Source of the DNA: Mobula birostris
Taxonomy: Eukaryota
Direction: 5' to 3'
NCBI RefSeq assembly: GCF_030028105.1
Contig: NC_092377.1
Span: 96,974,865 to 97,038,864 of the forward strand
Length of the DNA stretch: 64,000 nt
A model generated the notes under the pieces. The model saw nothing but the letters and a program-made list of their open reading frames with translations. It did not search any database and was not told where the DNA came from. Positions within the stretch are counted from its first letter, which is position 1. The number at the start of each line of letters is the position of its first letter. The position numbers were made by a program, and so were the translations under genes. This document shows, one piece after another, positions 1 to 12,779 of this stretch.

Positions 1-50
1 AAGTTGCTGGTGAACGCAGCAGGCCAGGCAGCATCTCTAGGAAGAGGTAC

Positions 51-86
51 AGTCGACGTTTCGGGCCGAGACCCTTCATCAGGACT
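51..86 (-). ncRNA. Minimal type-I hammerhead ribozyme motif, intact core
   Basis: Reverse complement reads agtc CTGATGA a gggt ctcg gccc GAAA cgtc gact: conserved core, stem II, GUC cleavage triplet, stem I agtc/gact. Confidence 0.8.
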
Positions 87-315
87 AACTGAAGGAAGAG
101 CTAGTAAGAGATTTGAAAGTTGGAGGGGGAGGGGGAGATCCAAAATGATAGGAGAAGACAGGAGGTACCTGTCCAGCTCTTGGCTCCATCCCTCCCCCCT
201 CCTGTCTTCTCCTATCATTTTGGATCTCCCCCTCTGGATCTCCCCCTCTCCTATCATTTTGGATCTCCCCCTCCCCCTCCCACTTTCAAATCTCTTACTA
301 CCTCTTCTTTCAGTT

Positions 316-351
316 AGTCCTGACGAAGGGTCTCGGCCCGAAACGTCGACT
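316..351 (+). ncRNA. Minimal type-I hammerhead ribozyme motif, intact core
   Basis: agtc CTGACGA a gggt ctcg gccc GAAA cgtc gact. Confidence 0.82.
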
Positions 352-411
352 GTACCTCTTCCTAGAGATGCTGCCTGGCCTGCTGCGTTCACCGGCAACT
401 TTGATGTGTGT

Positions 412-1100
412 AGCATAAATGACAGTGATACTTCCGATGAGTTCAACAACTTTTATGCATTCTTTGAAAGCAAGAATAACACTATGCTTCTGTGAAACCC
501 CAAAGTGACTGGCAACCCTGTGATCTCAGAAACTAATGTCAGAACATTCTTCAAGAAGGTACCTGGCTGGTACTGACCAATTGACTAGAATGTTCAAGGA
601 CACCTTCAGCTTCTTACTGCTGCAGTTGAAGGTTCTCATCTGTTTTAAAAGGGGTCAATCATACCGGTGCCCAAGAAATACAGGGTGGGTTCCCTCAATG
701 ACAATTGACCAGCAGCATTCAAAGTGATGAAGTTCTTTGAGGGATTGGTCATGGCTAGAATTAACCCCTGCCTAAGCAAGGACTTGGACTCACTACAAAT
801 TGTCTATTACGCCAACAGGGTTATAGTAGACACAATCTCACTGTCTCTTCATTCAGCTTTGGAACACCTGGACACCCGCAAAACATACATCAGGCTGCTG
901 CTTATTGATTAGAGCTCAAACTTAAGCACCACCATCCTTTCTGTATTAATGAGCAAGCCTGAAAACCTGAGCCTCGGCAACTGGATTCTTGACTTCCTAA
1001 TTGGGAGGCCACCGTCAGTGCAGATTGATGATAACACCTCCTTCTCGCTGACAATCAACACAGGTGGCACCTCAAGAATGCATGCTTAGTCCACTGCTCT
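412..1100 (+). mobile_element. Decayed Rex/Babar-type LINE RT fragment
   Basis: Peptide MKFFEGLVMARINPCLSKDLDSLQIVY...LEHLDTRKTYIRLLLID (724-912) matches the MKCFERLV...LDPLQFAY...VRLLFID pattern also seen at 10003-10377 and 30972-31190. Confidence 0.75.
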
Positions 1101-2317
1101 GCAATTTTGGATTGAATGTGTTTAAGTTTGAGTGTCTGTTGATGTCATTTGATTGTCTCTTTAAAAGGCAGTAACAAAGCAATAGCGGCAATACTCCTCC
1201 TTCAGAGATTGATCCTTAAGGTAATAGGTGGAACCTCTGGGCTATAATTTATGCCAGTGAGAGAAATGGCCACTGCACAATTTGTGCCATTAGTGCATGA
1301 CTAAAGCTAGTAACAATGAGTGTGAAAACAGACAGCATGGGTGCGCCCAATTTGATTGCATAATGGCTAGGTTTTCCCAAGAAATGATCTGCACCAGATT
1401 TAGAATGATCTTTGCACAAGAAACAGATGCACATCAGACTAGTATGTGTTTGTATAATTCCCAAGAGATCCCGTTACTGTATTTTTCTCAATTTTGGTCT
1501 CTATTTATTTAGTCCTACTTAAAACTTGATTTATATATTTTAATATTTACCTATTCTGTTTCTCGTAAGAATCAGTGCATTTTAAAGAGACTGAGACTTC
1601 AAGGCTTTGTGATATTACTGCTTTGGCCTTCTTGATCACCCTATGTTTTGTCTATTTTCCTAACTTCTTCACTTAATCATATGCTATATCCTTTCCGCCA
1701 TATGTCCTTCTTGTCTCCCTGAATATTTGGCAGATGCTGTTTTGTTCACAGTGGAGCATGGTTGGAAGACATGTTGTTTCATCAGGCTTGTGACCCATAC
1801 ATAAAACAAAAGGATCAAGTTCAGCCTCTCTGTTTTGCTGGAATTTAACAAAATGGTGATGAGGAAACGTGTTCCTAAAGTTAGCTGAATGTATATGTTA
1901 AGTTAGACAAAAGAGTAACTTTTTTTATTTGTTGCTACCGATAACAATTATGAAGAAAGTAACACAAATCTACCTTGTTTGGTGCAGTGGGTTCTCTGCA
2001 TATAGTGTAACAAGAAATCTGAGAACTCTGAGAAACAGTGATAAAATGTTTCAGAATTTTGTGAGTTTGTTGAAAAATCAGCTTCTCTCAAACCCAAACA
2101 AGATTATGCAAAGATTTATGGATTCATTCACAACTGAGTAAACTTTAAACAGTGGTTGAGTGTATCAGCTCAGTTGAGGAAGTTGCCACAATACTGTAAT
2201 TATGGCAGCAAACTCGAACAGATGTCAAGGGACAAATTAATGTACAAGATCAATAATTTATTTGATATCTAAGGTGAATGCAACCTTTGAAAATGTACTG
2301 AATATTGTCCACATGGA

Positions 2318-3070
2318 ATAGAACATAGAATATTATAGTACAATATGGTTCATGATGTTGTGCTGACCTTTTAACCAATCAATCTAACCCTCCCCCCCCA
2401 CACACACCCCTCAATTTTTCTATCATCCACATGCCTAAGAGTTTCTTAAATACCATTGCCCCTAGCAGGGCATTTCATGCACCCACCACTCTCTGTGTAA
2501 AAAAACTTACCTCTGACATCTTCCCCCCCACCATACCTTCCTCCAATCACCTTAAAGTTATGACCCTCATGCTAGCCATTTCTGCTCTGGGAAAAAGTCT
2601 CTTGATTATCCACTCACACTATGCCTCTTAATATCTAGTACGACTCTATCAAATCACCTCTCATTCTCCTTCACTCTAAAGAAAAAAGCCCTAGCTCATT
2701 CAACCTATCCTCATTTAGGCTCTCTAATCCAGTAGCATCCTGGTAAATCTCCTCTGCTTGCTCGCTAAAGCTCCCCATCCTTCCTAAAATCAGGAGACCA
2801 TAACTGAAAACAATATTCCAAGTGTGGTCTAACCAGGGTTTAACAGAACTTCAAAATTACCGTGCAGCTCTTGAACTCAGTCCTCCACCTAAGGAAAACC
2901 AACACACCAGGTGCATTCTTTATAACCCTATCAACTTACGTGATATCTTTGAGGGATCTGTGGGCTTGGACCCCAAGTTCCCACTGTTTGTCTACACTAA
3001 GAATCCTTCCTTTAACCCTGTACGCACTGCCCTCAAATTCGAACTTCCAAAGTGAGTCACTTCACACTTT
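2318..3070 (-). mobile_element. CR1-like LINE 3' fragment
   Basis: (ATAGAAC)-like tail at ~2320; sequence parallels the better preserved CR1 3' end at 59970-60723. Confidence 0.7.
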
Positions 3071-3077
3071 ATAATAT

Positions 3078-3732
3078 AGAATACATTGGGAGACCGCTTT
3101 TCTGAGCACTATGCTCCGTCTGCCAGAAAAAGCGAGGTCTCCCAGGGGCCACTCATTTTAATTCCACATCCCATTCCCATTCCAACATGTCAGTCCATGT
3201 CTCCCCTACTGTTGCAATGAGGCCACACTCAGGTTGGAGGAGCAACTCCTCATATTCCTTCTGGGTAACCTCCAACCTGATGGCATGTACATCAATTTCT
3301 CGAGCTTCCAGTAATGCCCCCCCCTTACCATTCCCTACCCTATTCCCTCTCTCACTTTATCTTCTTGCCTACCCATCACCTCCCTCTGGTGCTTCTCCAC
3401 CCCCCACCCTTTTTTTCTTCCATGGTCTTCTGTCCTCTCCTATTAAGATTCTTCCTTCTCCAGGCCTGTATTTCTTTTCACCAATCAACTTCCCCACTCT
3501 TTACTTCAACTCTTGCACCCCCCCCCATTTCACCAATCACCTTGTGTTTCTTCTCCCTCTTCCCAACTTCTAATTCAGACTCCTCATCTTTTTCCTCCAG
3601 TCCTGATGAAGGGTCTCGGCCTGAGACATCAACTATACTCTTTTCCATAGGTGCTGCCTGGCCTGCTGAGTTTCTTCAGCATTTGTGTTTGTTGACTGGA
3701 TTTCCAGCATCTGCAGATTTTCTCTTGTTTGA
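3078..3732 (+). mobile_element. Penelope-like element 3' fragment (GIY-YIG C-terminus plus pLTR with degenerate hammerhead at 3599-3634)
   Basis: gggagaccgcttt...cacactcaggttggaggagcaac...ctccaacctgatggcatg matches 45068-45270. The hammerhead has GAAA changed to GAGA. Confidence 0.85.
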
Positions 3733-3999
3733 GGTAGGGAAATCTCCCTGGTTTGGAAGAATATTTATTACATTAAGATAGATGAAGCTAGGACACTACA
3801 AAAAATGCTAGGGACATGAAGAGGTTTTCAAAAATGAGCTGGCCCAACCTATTTATCCTGCTCCCAATGTCTTGCTATGGTTCTTCAAGCCAAGGTCAGT
3901 TCTTGATAACTACTCAAAAGACAGAGAGTGTCACACCACCATATGGTGTTGGTGCTGTAGGGTAATGTAATTGGTGGATATGTACATAATTCACAACCA

Positions 4000-4630
4000 C
4001 TAACATTTTATAGACTTTTGGACTATCAGAGTCAAAGTGCCACAGACAGTTGGTCTGCTTGCCCAGCCCAGCTATTGGAGCTAATGGACCACATGCAGTC
4101 CCTCCTGGAAAATCACCATCTTTGTTTTATTTTTAAAGAACTCTTCATGCAGCAAATGCCTAATCAAGTTCACATAGCCCTTGCTAATGCATTCCTGAAG
4201 GACTATAGAGAGCTTGCTACCTCCCATCATAGCATACAACACTCTTGAGTTCCTATTGACCTAAATTCCGCCTCGTTTGTTTTTGTCCGCCATGATGCAC
4301 ATCAACATCCTCTTAGGTCCCCTTACAATGGCCTGTACCACCATATTTTGGAACAGAGAGAAAGACTTTTATCACAGGTAAGAGGGGTAAACCTGAATGT
4401 GTTTCCATAGATCACCTTAAACTAGCCCACCAAGTTTTGGAGGATTCCACTACCAAGCCTCTGCCATCACGATAAGACCATAAGCGTGTCAACAAACTTC
4501 TGGATGAGTCAGAGGCACGTGCTGTTCCTCCACCTATGGAATATTGGATCCAAGCTCTGAACAGGCTTGCAATGCTGGTTTTAGTGAATTCTAGTGGTGG
4601 TGGTGGTGGTGGTGGGGGGGGGGGGGGTCC
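4000..4630 (+). mobile_element. Internally deleted Gypsy LTR-retrotransposon relic (gag-like piece joined to integrase C-terminal piece, G-rich tract at the end)
   Basis: LMDHMQSLLENHHLCFIFKELFMQQMPNQVHIALA is gag-like. VFVRHDAHQHPLRSPYNG...GKPECVSIDHLKLAH (frameshifted, ~4278-4432) resembles the GPY/F region of an integrase tail. It is followed by (GGT)n-Gn at ~4594-4627. Recognised from memory, not from a search. Confidence 0.6.
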
Positions 4631-6704
4631 TGACATGATGACAATTATATAAAGGATTTTAGCACACTTTGTGTTCAGGTTTGTGTTCAATAAAATGTGT
4701 TACAGTTTTTTTCTTAAACATAAAATGCCTCACTTCATTTTATTTGTGAAAACCTACAATGCTGTGCTGTCTGATCCAAACAGGAAGCTGAATCTGAAAA
4801 GCCGATATGCTCACAGTGCTGACAGCAGCAAAAGTAAAAATTGGGTAAAGAAGGTTGAGCTATCATGACTGAGTGAATCAGTTCAAAAAGTACATTCATG
4901 CACATCGTTACATCATTTGCACAGGCCACAAACTCCAATCTTTCCTGTTCCATGAAAAGGAGCAAATGCTTTGGAGACCCCTCACAGTTCAAAGATGTGA
5001 TTTGACCTAAGCAGTAATTGAATATACTATCTTTCTCAAAGTAGGAAAATACCATGGAAACACAGATTTTTAAGGTGTCAGCTGGTGCTAAAAACACATG
5101 CTGATAAATGAATATGTGACCAAGTGCTGACAAGGGATTGACTGGACACACTGTGTGAATACTGTGCAAATCAGACAATGAGCAGTAGATCTTGTACCAC
5201 TGGAGATCGAACCACTTGCAGTACAGAAGGACTCTACCAAAAAGAAAAGTCTAGTATATTTGAAGGATGTTTTTGAGAAATTGAAATCTTTGTTTAAAAA
5301 CTGCATTGCAGGATATTGATGTTGAATGGAAGGAAGGGGTCAGAAGAAAATGCAATGATGTCTAGTTGTTAGTTTTCCTCCAAACCAATTGAGTCAATGT
5401 GCATTAGGGATAATCTAATCTTACTACATGGTCTTTTGCACATGCCATTATATTTTGTTAGGATTATGGTTGGCCAACATGTTTTGGCTCAGTAGGCTAT
5501 AAATACAATAACGAAAAAGTTAAAACCAATTCTCCACTTGTTAAGATAATGCCCTTATGAAATTTCCTATGTCACTGCTAACATAATTACTGATTGCATT
5601 GCACACACATTTAGCGGCTTGTTGAACTGTCAAATACAATGTTGAGTGCTCTCTCAATAGATTCAATTGTACCTCAGCCCTTCTTCATTAAGTGGTTCTA
5701 TTACTCACTTGAACAATTCTTTTCCTTTTTGAAAAATATTAACATCAAAAATCCAATTTTTCTTTTTACTTAGTGATTTATTGGATTTTAAACAAATTTA
5801 TTCAGAGTGGAATGATAGGAAGCAGTTTTGGAAAAGTGCTAAGAAAGCTACAAGCATCTAAGGAAGCAGACTTGGGGACAATGATGCAATCTGCAAAGGA
5901 AATCACTTAACAGGCAGCTACAGGAAGCAACTGCAACCTGAACATAGCAAAAAGGGAAATGGGATATAGGGGAAGGGAACCATCCACTCTGACTTAAAAA
6001 AATAGTTCAGATCTGCTCATTTTTACTTGAAAACAAACAAACAAAGCAAAATCTCAGCCCCTAACTCCACTAGTTTCCCAAGGATCAAAATACCCATTGA
6101 TATTAGCCCTGAATATAATCAACATCTACTCCATTCCATTACGCGGTTCCAAAGATTCATAACATTTTAAATCAAAAAACCCCTGCTCATCTCAGTCTGA
6201 GATGACCAACATCAATCTGACACTATGTCCTCTGGTTCTTGACAAAGAGGATCCTATTCTGCTCCCAATCTCATTTCTGAATATTTCAACTTAAAACTGG
6301 AACGGAAACAAGGTGAGGATGCCAGTATGGACACAGAATTTTCACAACGGCAGGCAGCTAAGGGCCATGATTAATGGGAAGACCATTGCAAACTGAAAAG
6401 TATTCAGTGATGAGGCTCAGCTACAGATCTAGACAAGATTTATTTATTAACTTCAGATAAGAAGTAGTTATTAGACTGCAAATAATTAAAATTTTCTTAG
6501 CACTGAGGCTAATTGTAACCTTTAGGATAACAGACAGGGTGATGAAATAGATAGAAATACAGTAGATATAGTGTAGGAAAGTGTGAAGCGATGTACATGT
6601 GGGAAATTATTCTAGAGTGACAGTATAACCTAAGAAGTAGAAAGAGGAAGACTAGGCCTTTGAGGATGGTCTGCCGATCATTAAGATCATACTTGACATC
6701 TCAT

Positions 6705-6920
6705 TTTTTATTTAGAGATTCAGCATAACAGGTCCTTTCAGCCCAAATCACCCAATTAGCCAAATGTCTTGTACATCTTTGGAATGTGGGAGGAAACTGG
6801 AGCACAGAGAGGAAACTCATATGGTCACAGGGAGAACATACAAACTTACAGACAGCGGCAGAATTGAACCTGGATTGTTGTTAGTGTAGTAGTGTTATGG
6901 TAGGAACTATGCTACTATGC
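6705..6920 (-). mobile_element. tRNA-derived V-SINE/HE1-like SINE
   Basis: tttggaatgtgggaggaaactggagcac...ggaaac...ggtcacagggagaacatacaaact (reverse complement of the V-domain) plus B-box-like aattgaacc; repeated several times in the window. Confidence 0.7.
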
Positions 6921-7620
6921 CCCCTCCCATTTATTCAAATGTCATTTTTCTGTACCATATTTATTTTTCTTGATTCCCTGTATATCTAGAAATCAATTAT
7001 TCTCTCTTTTGAATGAATTGAATGATGAAACTTCACAATGCTTCGGGATAGAGTTTACCAAAGATGTACCAACTTCTGGGGGAAGAAATATCTTGTCAGT
7101 TAAATTCTAACTGGCCTACTTCTTATTCTGAGACCATGACCCTGGTTCTTGACTTCACATCTGGGGAAACATCATTCCTACATCCAACCTACCAAAACCA
7201 AACCAAATTGATGCATGCACAATTGCAATGAAAAACTTACTTGCAGCAGCATCACAGAACACAGTATTTTAGCCCTGTAACAATTTTGTAATCTTCATTA
7301 TTTCCTCATTCTTCTTAACTTTCAAGAATCCCACTCTAGTCAGTCTCTCCTCATATGGCAAACAAGTTTAGCAAATCTTCAGTGAATTCACTTGATGCAA
7401 GTCTGTTTTTTTGTTAGGCATGAAAACCAAAACCATACACCATACTCGTATGTTCTCATTAAGCCCTTAATTAACTGCAATTTAAGACATCATATACGCA
7501 AATCCTTTCATAATAAAGGCCAACATATCATTCACCTTCCTAAGCACTGGCTGCACTTCCATATTAACCTTGTGGAAATAATTCTTAGGTCTCATCAAAT
7601 AACAACATTATTCAGTCTCC

Positions 7621-7790
7621 ATGGAGAGAAATGGACAGTTGACGTTTCATGTACAGACCCTTCATCTAGACTGGAATCAATCCTGTTGAAGCGTCTTCAT
7701 ATGAAACATCAGCTGCCCATTTCTCTCCATAGATCTTGCCTGACCCACGGAGTTCATCCAGATTCCAACGTCTGCCATCTTGTGTCTTCA
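7621..7790. mobile_element. Old inverted pair of Penelope pLTR ends with two degenerate hammerheads, inside a decayed CR1-like tract
   Basis: atggagagaaatgg...ccatttctctccat are exact inverted ends; the arms carry gacgtttc...cccttcatctagact and tcctgttgaag...gaaacatcagct. Confidence 0.65.
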
Positions 7791-8574
7791 CTACCTAGTC
7801 TTTCACCATTTAAAAAGTACACATTTATCTGTTTTATATTGCATCTGTCATGTTCTTTCCTACTTACTTAGCATTCTCCTCCCCCTTGAAGACATTGTAC
7901 ATCTTCCTTCGTACTCACCATTGCATCTATTTTTACTATGATAAACTGCAGCTCAGTAGAGGCACATTGGGGTGCTGCTAAAATATTTTTTAAAAAGTCT
8001 TAAAGAATGTTCAGTGAAAAATGTATCTGGGTTTACAATCAGAGTCATAGCATATAAAATGGTGATAAGCTGGAATGCCACAAATCATATTTATGAAATC
8101 ATGCTAGTGTGAACAATTCTGAACACCATATTTCAAGCAAGATGAAAAGATTTGGAAAAGATAGCGAGGGAGTATAGCAGGAAATTATGAGGGATGAGAT
8201 CAGAAAAATTAGGATCACTCCATGTAGAACAGAAAAGTTAAAGTTGTGATTTAATTTGTTTAAAAGATGATGCCAGGTTTTAATAGTGCTGTCAAATAGC
8301 CCAATAGCTAATGGCTATGAATTATAAAAAGTTAGAGAGAGGACAAAACTGTCAGGATCTGTGACACATTTCTTTACTAAGAAGGTAAGTAATTCAAATT
8401 CGTTCCCTTGCCTCAGTATTTATTAACTTCCTCTTTATTGTGGATTCTTTGTTGTAAGGTGCAAAGCTGATTAGAGTAGTTATTAATTCAATGACACAAA
8501 TATTGCTCCAATAGAGCAAAACTTGTGTCATTGAATGAATCACTATTTGATTAATGGTGCATCCATGACAAATA

Positions 8575-9548
8575 AAACATGAATTTATGTCCTGATGCCT
8601 CTAATAAAATTAAAGCTGACTGGGAAAGAGAACTTGAGATTAATATACCGACTGAAAAATGGGAAAAAATTCTTCAGTTGGTGAATTCATCCTCTGTATG
8701 TGCTAAGCATAGGTTGATACAGTTTAAAGTAGTTCACAGGGCTCATATGTCCAAAGATAAACTATCTTGTTATTACTCTTATATTAATCCAATATGTGAC
8801 AGATGCCAGTCTGAGATTGCTTCTTTAACTCACATGTTTTGGTCATGTCCCTTGTTGGAGAAATATTGGAAAGATATTTTTGATATTATTTCAACGGTCC
8901 TAAATCTAGACTTACAACCTCATCCAATTACTGCTATCTTTGGATTACCAATGATAGACTCAAATAATTTAACCTCTTCATCAGGAAGGATGATTGCATT
9001 TCTTACTTTAATAGCTAGAAGGTCCATCTTGTTGAATTGGAAAGAGATCAACCCTCCTACAGTATTTCATTGGTTTTCACAAACTATGCTGTGTCTAAAT
9101 TAGAAGTGCAGTTTATGACCCTTCTATTAAGTTTGAAAAAATTTGGAGGGCATTTATTCAGCATTTTCATTTGATGTAATTTGATCATTCCCAAACTGGT
9201 TTTATTTCTCTGTACTGTTGTTGGAGGGGAATGGAGGCGTCAACGCTGAGGTTTTCTTCTTTTCCATTTTTAAGTTGTTAGTTTTGCCCAAGTCTTTTAG
9301 CTTAGTTTAGTGTTTTTTTTTCTTTTGGAATGGGTTTTTTTTTCTTTTTTTTGTCTTTTTCCTTTTTTTTTTGCTTTATATTATCCGTGATCAGTTCTAC
9401 ATGTATGGGAGTTTTGGTAATTTCCACTATTTGGTTTTGCAATTACTCTTTTTTTAAATGTAACAATACATCTCATATTATCTGTAATATTGCTATGTTT
9501 TGTTTCTATATTTTGAAATTAATAAAAAGATTGAAAAAGAAAGAAAGA
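8575..9548 (+). mobile_element. L1-clade LINE 3' fragment (ORF2 C-terminus, T-rich 3' UTR, AATAAA and (GAAA)n tail)
   Basis: ORF 8579-9103 IQFKVVHRAH...CDRC...LTHMFWSC is the L1 ORF2 C-terminal Cys/His motif, homologous to 49224-49847; tail aataaaaagattgaaaaagaaagaaag. Confidence 0.88.
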
Positions 9549-10029
9549 CAAATAAAACAGCAGATAAATAATGGCACAGCCTATCAATGATTTTTTTTTG
9601 GGTGATGCTCCAAAGCAATTAATCTTAGTAAGATTAGCATGTATCCAACTGTGTTCAGCAATGGAATGACTAATTCACCCATTTACAGAGAGTCAGGACA
9701 GGTAGGTGAATGTTCTTGGTCGTACATACTAAGAACATTCCATGTACAGTGAAAAGCTTTGTTTTGCATGCCATCCATACAGATCATTTCATGATAGCGG
9801 TACACTGAGGTTATACAAGGGAATAACAATGAAGAATATAGCGTTACAGTTACAGACAGCAAGTTTATGACTTTACACCATCTATTACAATGTATTTAAA
9901 GCTGGTAAGTTTGAGCAACTGCAATAATATTTAATAATACCTAAATTAGCAGATGTACATTTCCATCTGTAAAAGATACCTAGGATATGATACAGCATAC
10001 TCGTGGTATTACTTTTCGACAATCTTACA

Positions 10030-11027
10030 GTCACTCTCTCATTGTTACAGTCAGAAGTTCCCAGCTACTTCAAAAGGGCAATAATCATATCAGTACCCAA
10101 GAGAAGTAGGATGAGCTGCCTCAACAAATATTGGCCAGTAACACTGAAACCAATGGTGATGAAGTGCATTGAGAAGTTGGTCATGGCTAGAATCAACTCC
10201 TGCCTCAGGAAGGACCTGGACCCATTGCAATTTGCTTATCACCAGAATAGGTCTACAGTAGATGCAGTCTCACTGGCTCTCCACTCAGCCTTACATCTGC
10301 ACAATAGCAATATCTACATCAGGCTGCTGTTATTGACTACAGCTCAGCATTTAACACAATCATTCCCACAGTTCTGATCAAAAAGCCCCAAAATTTGGGC
10401 CTCTGTACCTTCTTCTGCAACTGGATCCTCTACTTCTTCACTGAAAGGCCACAGTCTGTACGGATCAGAAATAACATCTCCACTTTGCTGATAATCAACA
10501 CTGGCACGCCTCAAGGATATGTGCTTAGCTCATGGTTCTACTCTTTCTACACCCTTGACTGTATGGCTAGGCACAGCTCTAATGCCATCTGTAAATTTGT
10601 CAACATCTCTGAGGATCTATCCTGGGCCCCACATATAGATGCAGTTACGAAGAAGACACAACAGCGGCTATACTTCATTATGAGTTTGAGGAGATTTGGA
10701 ATGTCACCAAAGACACACACAAATTTCTATAGTCGTACTGCAGAGAACATTGTAACTGGCTGCATCACTGTCTGTTAATGGGGGGTGGACACTACACAGG
10801 ATCACAGTAAGCTGCAGAAAGTTGTAAACTCAGTCACCTCCCTCATGGGCACTTGCCCCCCCAACATCCAGGATATCTTCAAGGAGCAATGCCTCAAAAA
10901 GGCAGCATCCATCATTAAGGACTCTCATCACCTAGGACATGCCCCTCATCTCAATGCTACCATCATGGAGAAGGTAAGGAGACTGAAGGCACACACTCAA
11001 TGATTCAGGAATAGCTTCTTCTCCTCT
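10030..11027 (+). mobile_element. Rex/Babar-type LINE RT 3' portion, decayed
   Basis: VMKCIEKLVMARINSCLRKDLDPLQFAYHQNRSTVDA; TGTPQGYVLS; ISEDLSWAPHIDAVTKKTQQRLYF. Confidence 0.8.
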
Positions 11028-11130
11028 GTCCTGATGAAGGTCTCGGCCTGAAACATCGACCATTTACTCTTTTCTATATATGCTACCTGGCCTGCTGAGT
11101 TCCTCCTGCATTTACTGTGTTTTGCTTGCT
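11028..11130 (+). mobile_element. Short Penelope pLTR end starting at a hammerhead motif (11028-11060)
   Basis: gtc CTGATGA aggt ctcg gcct GAAA catc gac followed by ...gctacctggcctgctgagttcctcc. Confidence 0.75.
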
Positions 11131-12779
11131 TTAGTTAGTTTAAATGCATTCACTAATATATAAACCAGGAACCCCAGAGTAGTCAAGGAAGAGGTTAAAA
11201 TTTACACAAGTATTGAAAGACAAGTCCTTTGCTCAGCACTTTCAGTTCCATAACTTCATCACAATGTCAGCATTTCAAACAATTTCAGCTGGCTAAAATA
11301 TAACACCCTATCTTATTTGATAATTATAGCTTTCTTCTTAAGCCAGCCACTGCTATTCCAATTTCACTGTCTGCATGCTGGTAGCCTTAACAGGAAAACA
11401 CACAAATGTTTTGGAAAACTGCCAATATTATTCCAAGCTGGGCTGCTCTGCTGGCAAGACAGATAACTGACCAGAACAGATCAGGCTGAATACATCAAGA
11501 CTTCCTTGTCTTTTAATCACACTTTTTAACAGCAGAACAACAAAAATCAATTTGCTGCATGTTACGATACTGTGGCTCCATTGCACTGAGAAATATTAAA
11601 GTGAAAGATACGAAAATATCATAGGGCAGGTAACCAATTCAAAAAATTTTTGCCATTTGCCTTTGTCTTTGCCATTTTCAGTTTGTTTGCCAGCAAGCAA
11701 AATTGTTGTATAGGATGATGTCAAACTGCCACAGATACTATGATCATTTGATAGGACAACCAACAAACCTCAATGGAAAACCAAGCAGTCAGCATAGATA
11801 AAGGACACTATAAAGTTTTACCAAACTATGCAGCAAAGGTAAGCAATCTTTGGTGTAAAATTCAGAACTTAATGATATTTTGTGATACGTTACAAAATTG
11901 CATAACTCTGGGAAGCTCTAACAAACATTATTACTTTAAATTCAGTTTTAGAATGCATGTAATGATCATCCCTAATTATCACTGAGTAGGTGATACAGAG
12001 CCACCTCTTTCAATTGCTCAGGCCCTGGTGCCTGGCAAGGAGAACCAGAATTCAGTTCAAGTGACAAATGAGAAGCAACAATACATTTTTCACACTGGGA
12101 TGCTGTGTGACTTTTAGCAGTGATTGTCCCCATGCACCTTCTGCCTTTGGTATTTCAGGGTTCAAAACTATTCTAGCTGGTTTCAACGTGGAAAAACACA
12201 ATGAATTTTGTTGCTCTCATACACTACAATCATAGTGCAATAGTGGTGGACACAATGATTGCTGAAAACAATGGTTAGGGTGCTAACTGAATGAGCTGCA
12301 ATGTCCAGTGTCAAATACTTTTGGGGTGACACCCACTCAAGGCAAGTGGAGAATACTCTACTACTTGTGCCTTGTATCTGATGGAAATGGTTTGATGTGT
12401 CATGAGGTGAATCATTTACCTGGAGCCTACTATCGCGATCACAGTATTGATAAGGCTCGTTCAGTTGAGCTTCTCATAAATGGCAAGCATTAGGCTTTTA
12501 ACAGTGGCAGATTTGGTGGTAAGAATATTGAGGATAAATTGTCAAGTTGGAGCTGTTCTTGTCCTGGAACATTTGTGCTCAGCCTAACTTTAGTATTGTT
12601 TACATCTTCCTGATGTAGACGTGTGCTGCTTTATTTGTGGACTTGTTGATTGGGCACAATGAAACTACTAGCAACAAATATCCCCAATGTGATTTTATGA
12701 TAGAGGAGAGTTATTCATTAAGAACTAAAGGAATTCCTACTGCAGTATCTTACAGCTGGAAGAACTAATCAATTAAGTT

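Larger units (their letters stand above)
1..411. mobile_element. Penelope-like element: inverted pair of pseudo-LTR fragments (1-~165 minus, ~167-411 plus); left end runs off the window
   Basis: Both arms match the terminal repeat downstream of the GIY-YIG ORF at 45300-45680 and 21930-22360. The arms are reverse complements of each other (aagttgctggtgaacgcagc... versus ...gctgcgttcaccggcaactt). Confidence 0.9.

Noticed and set aside
4-495. 163-aa ORF and related Pro/Ser/Leu- or Gly/Arg-rich ORFs (3314, 19946, 20046, 21960, 21980, 33714, 37293, 45495)
   Set aside because: Incidental frames through Penelope pLTRs; the recurring 'SPDEGSRPETST' peptide is just the translated hammerhead motif.
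1168-1226. Plus-strand AG...GTAATA candidate micro-exon
   Set aside because: Weak splice sites, no recognisable product and no supporting neighbouring exons.
4412-4690. Poly-proline ORF
   Set aside because: Produced by the (GGT)n/Gn tract at the end of the Gypsy relic.
11533-11635. Acceptor/donor-bounded segment
   Set aside because: Stop codons in all three frames.
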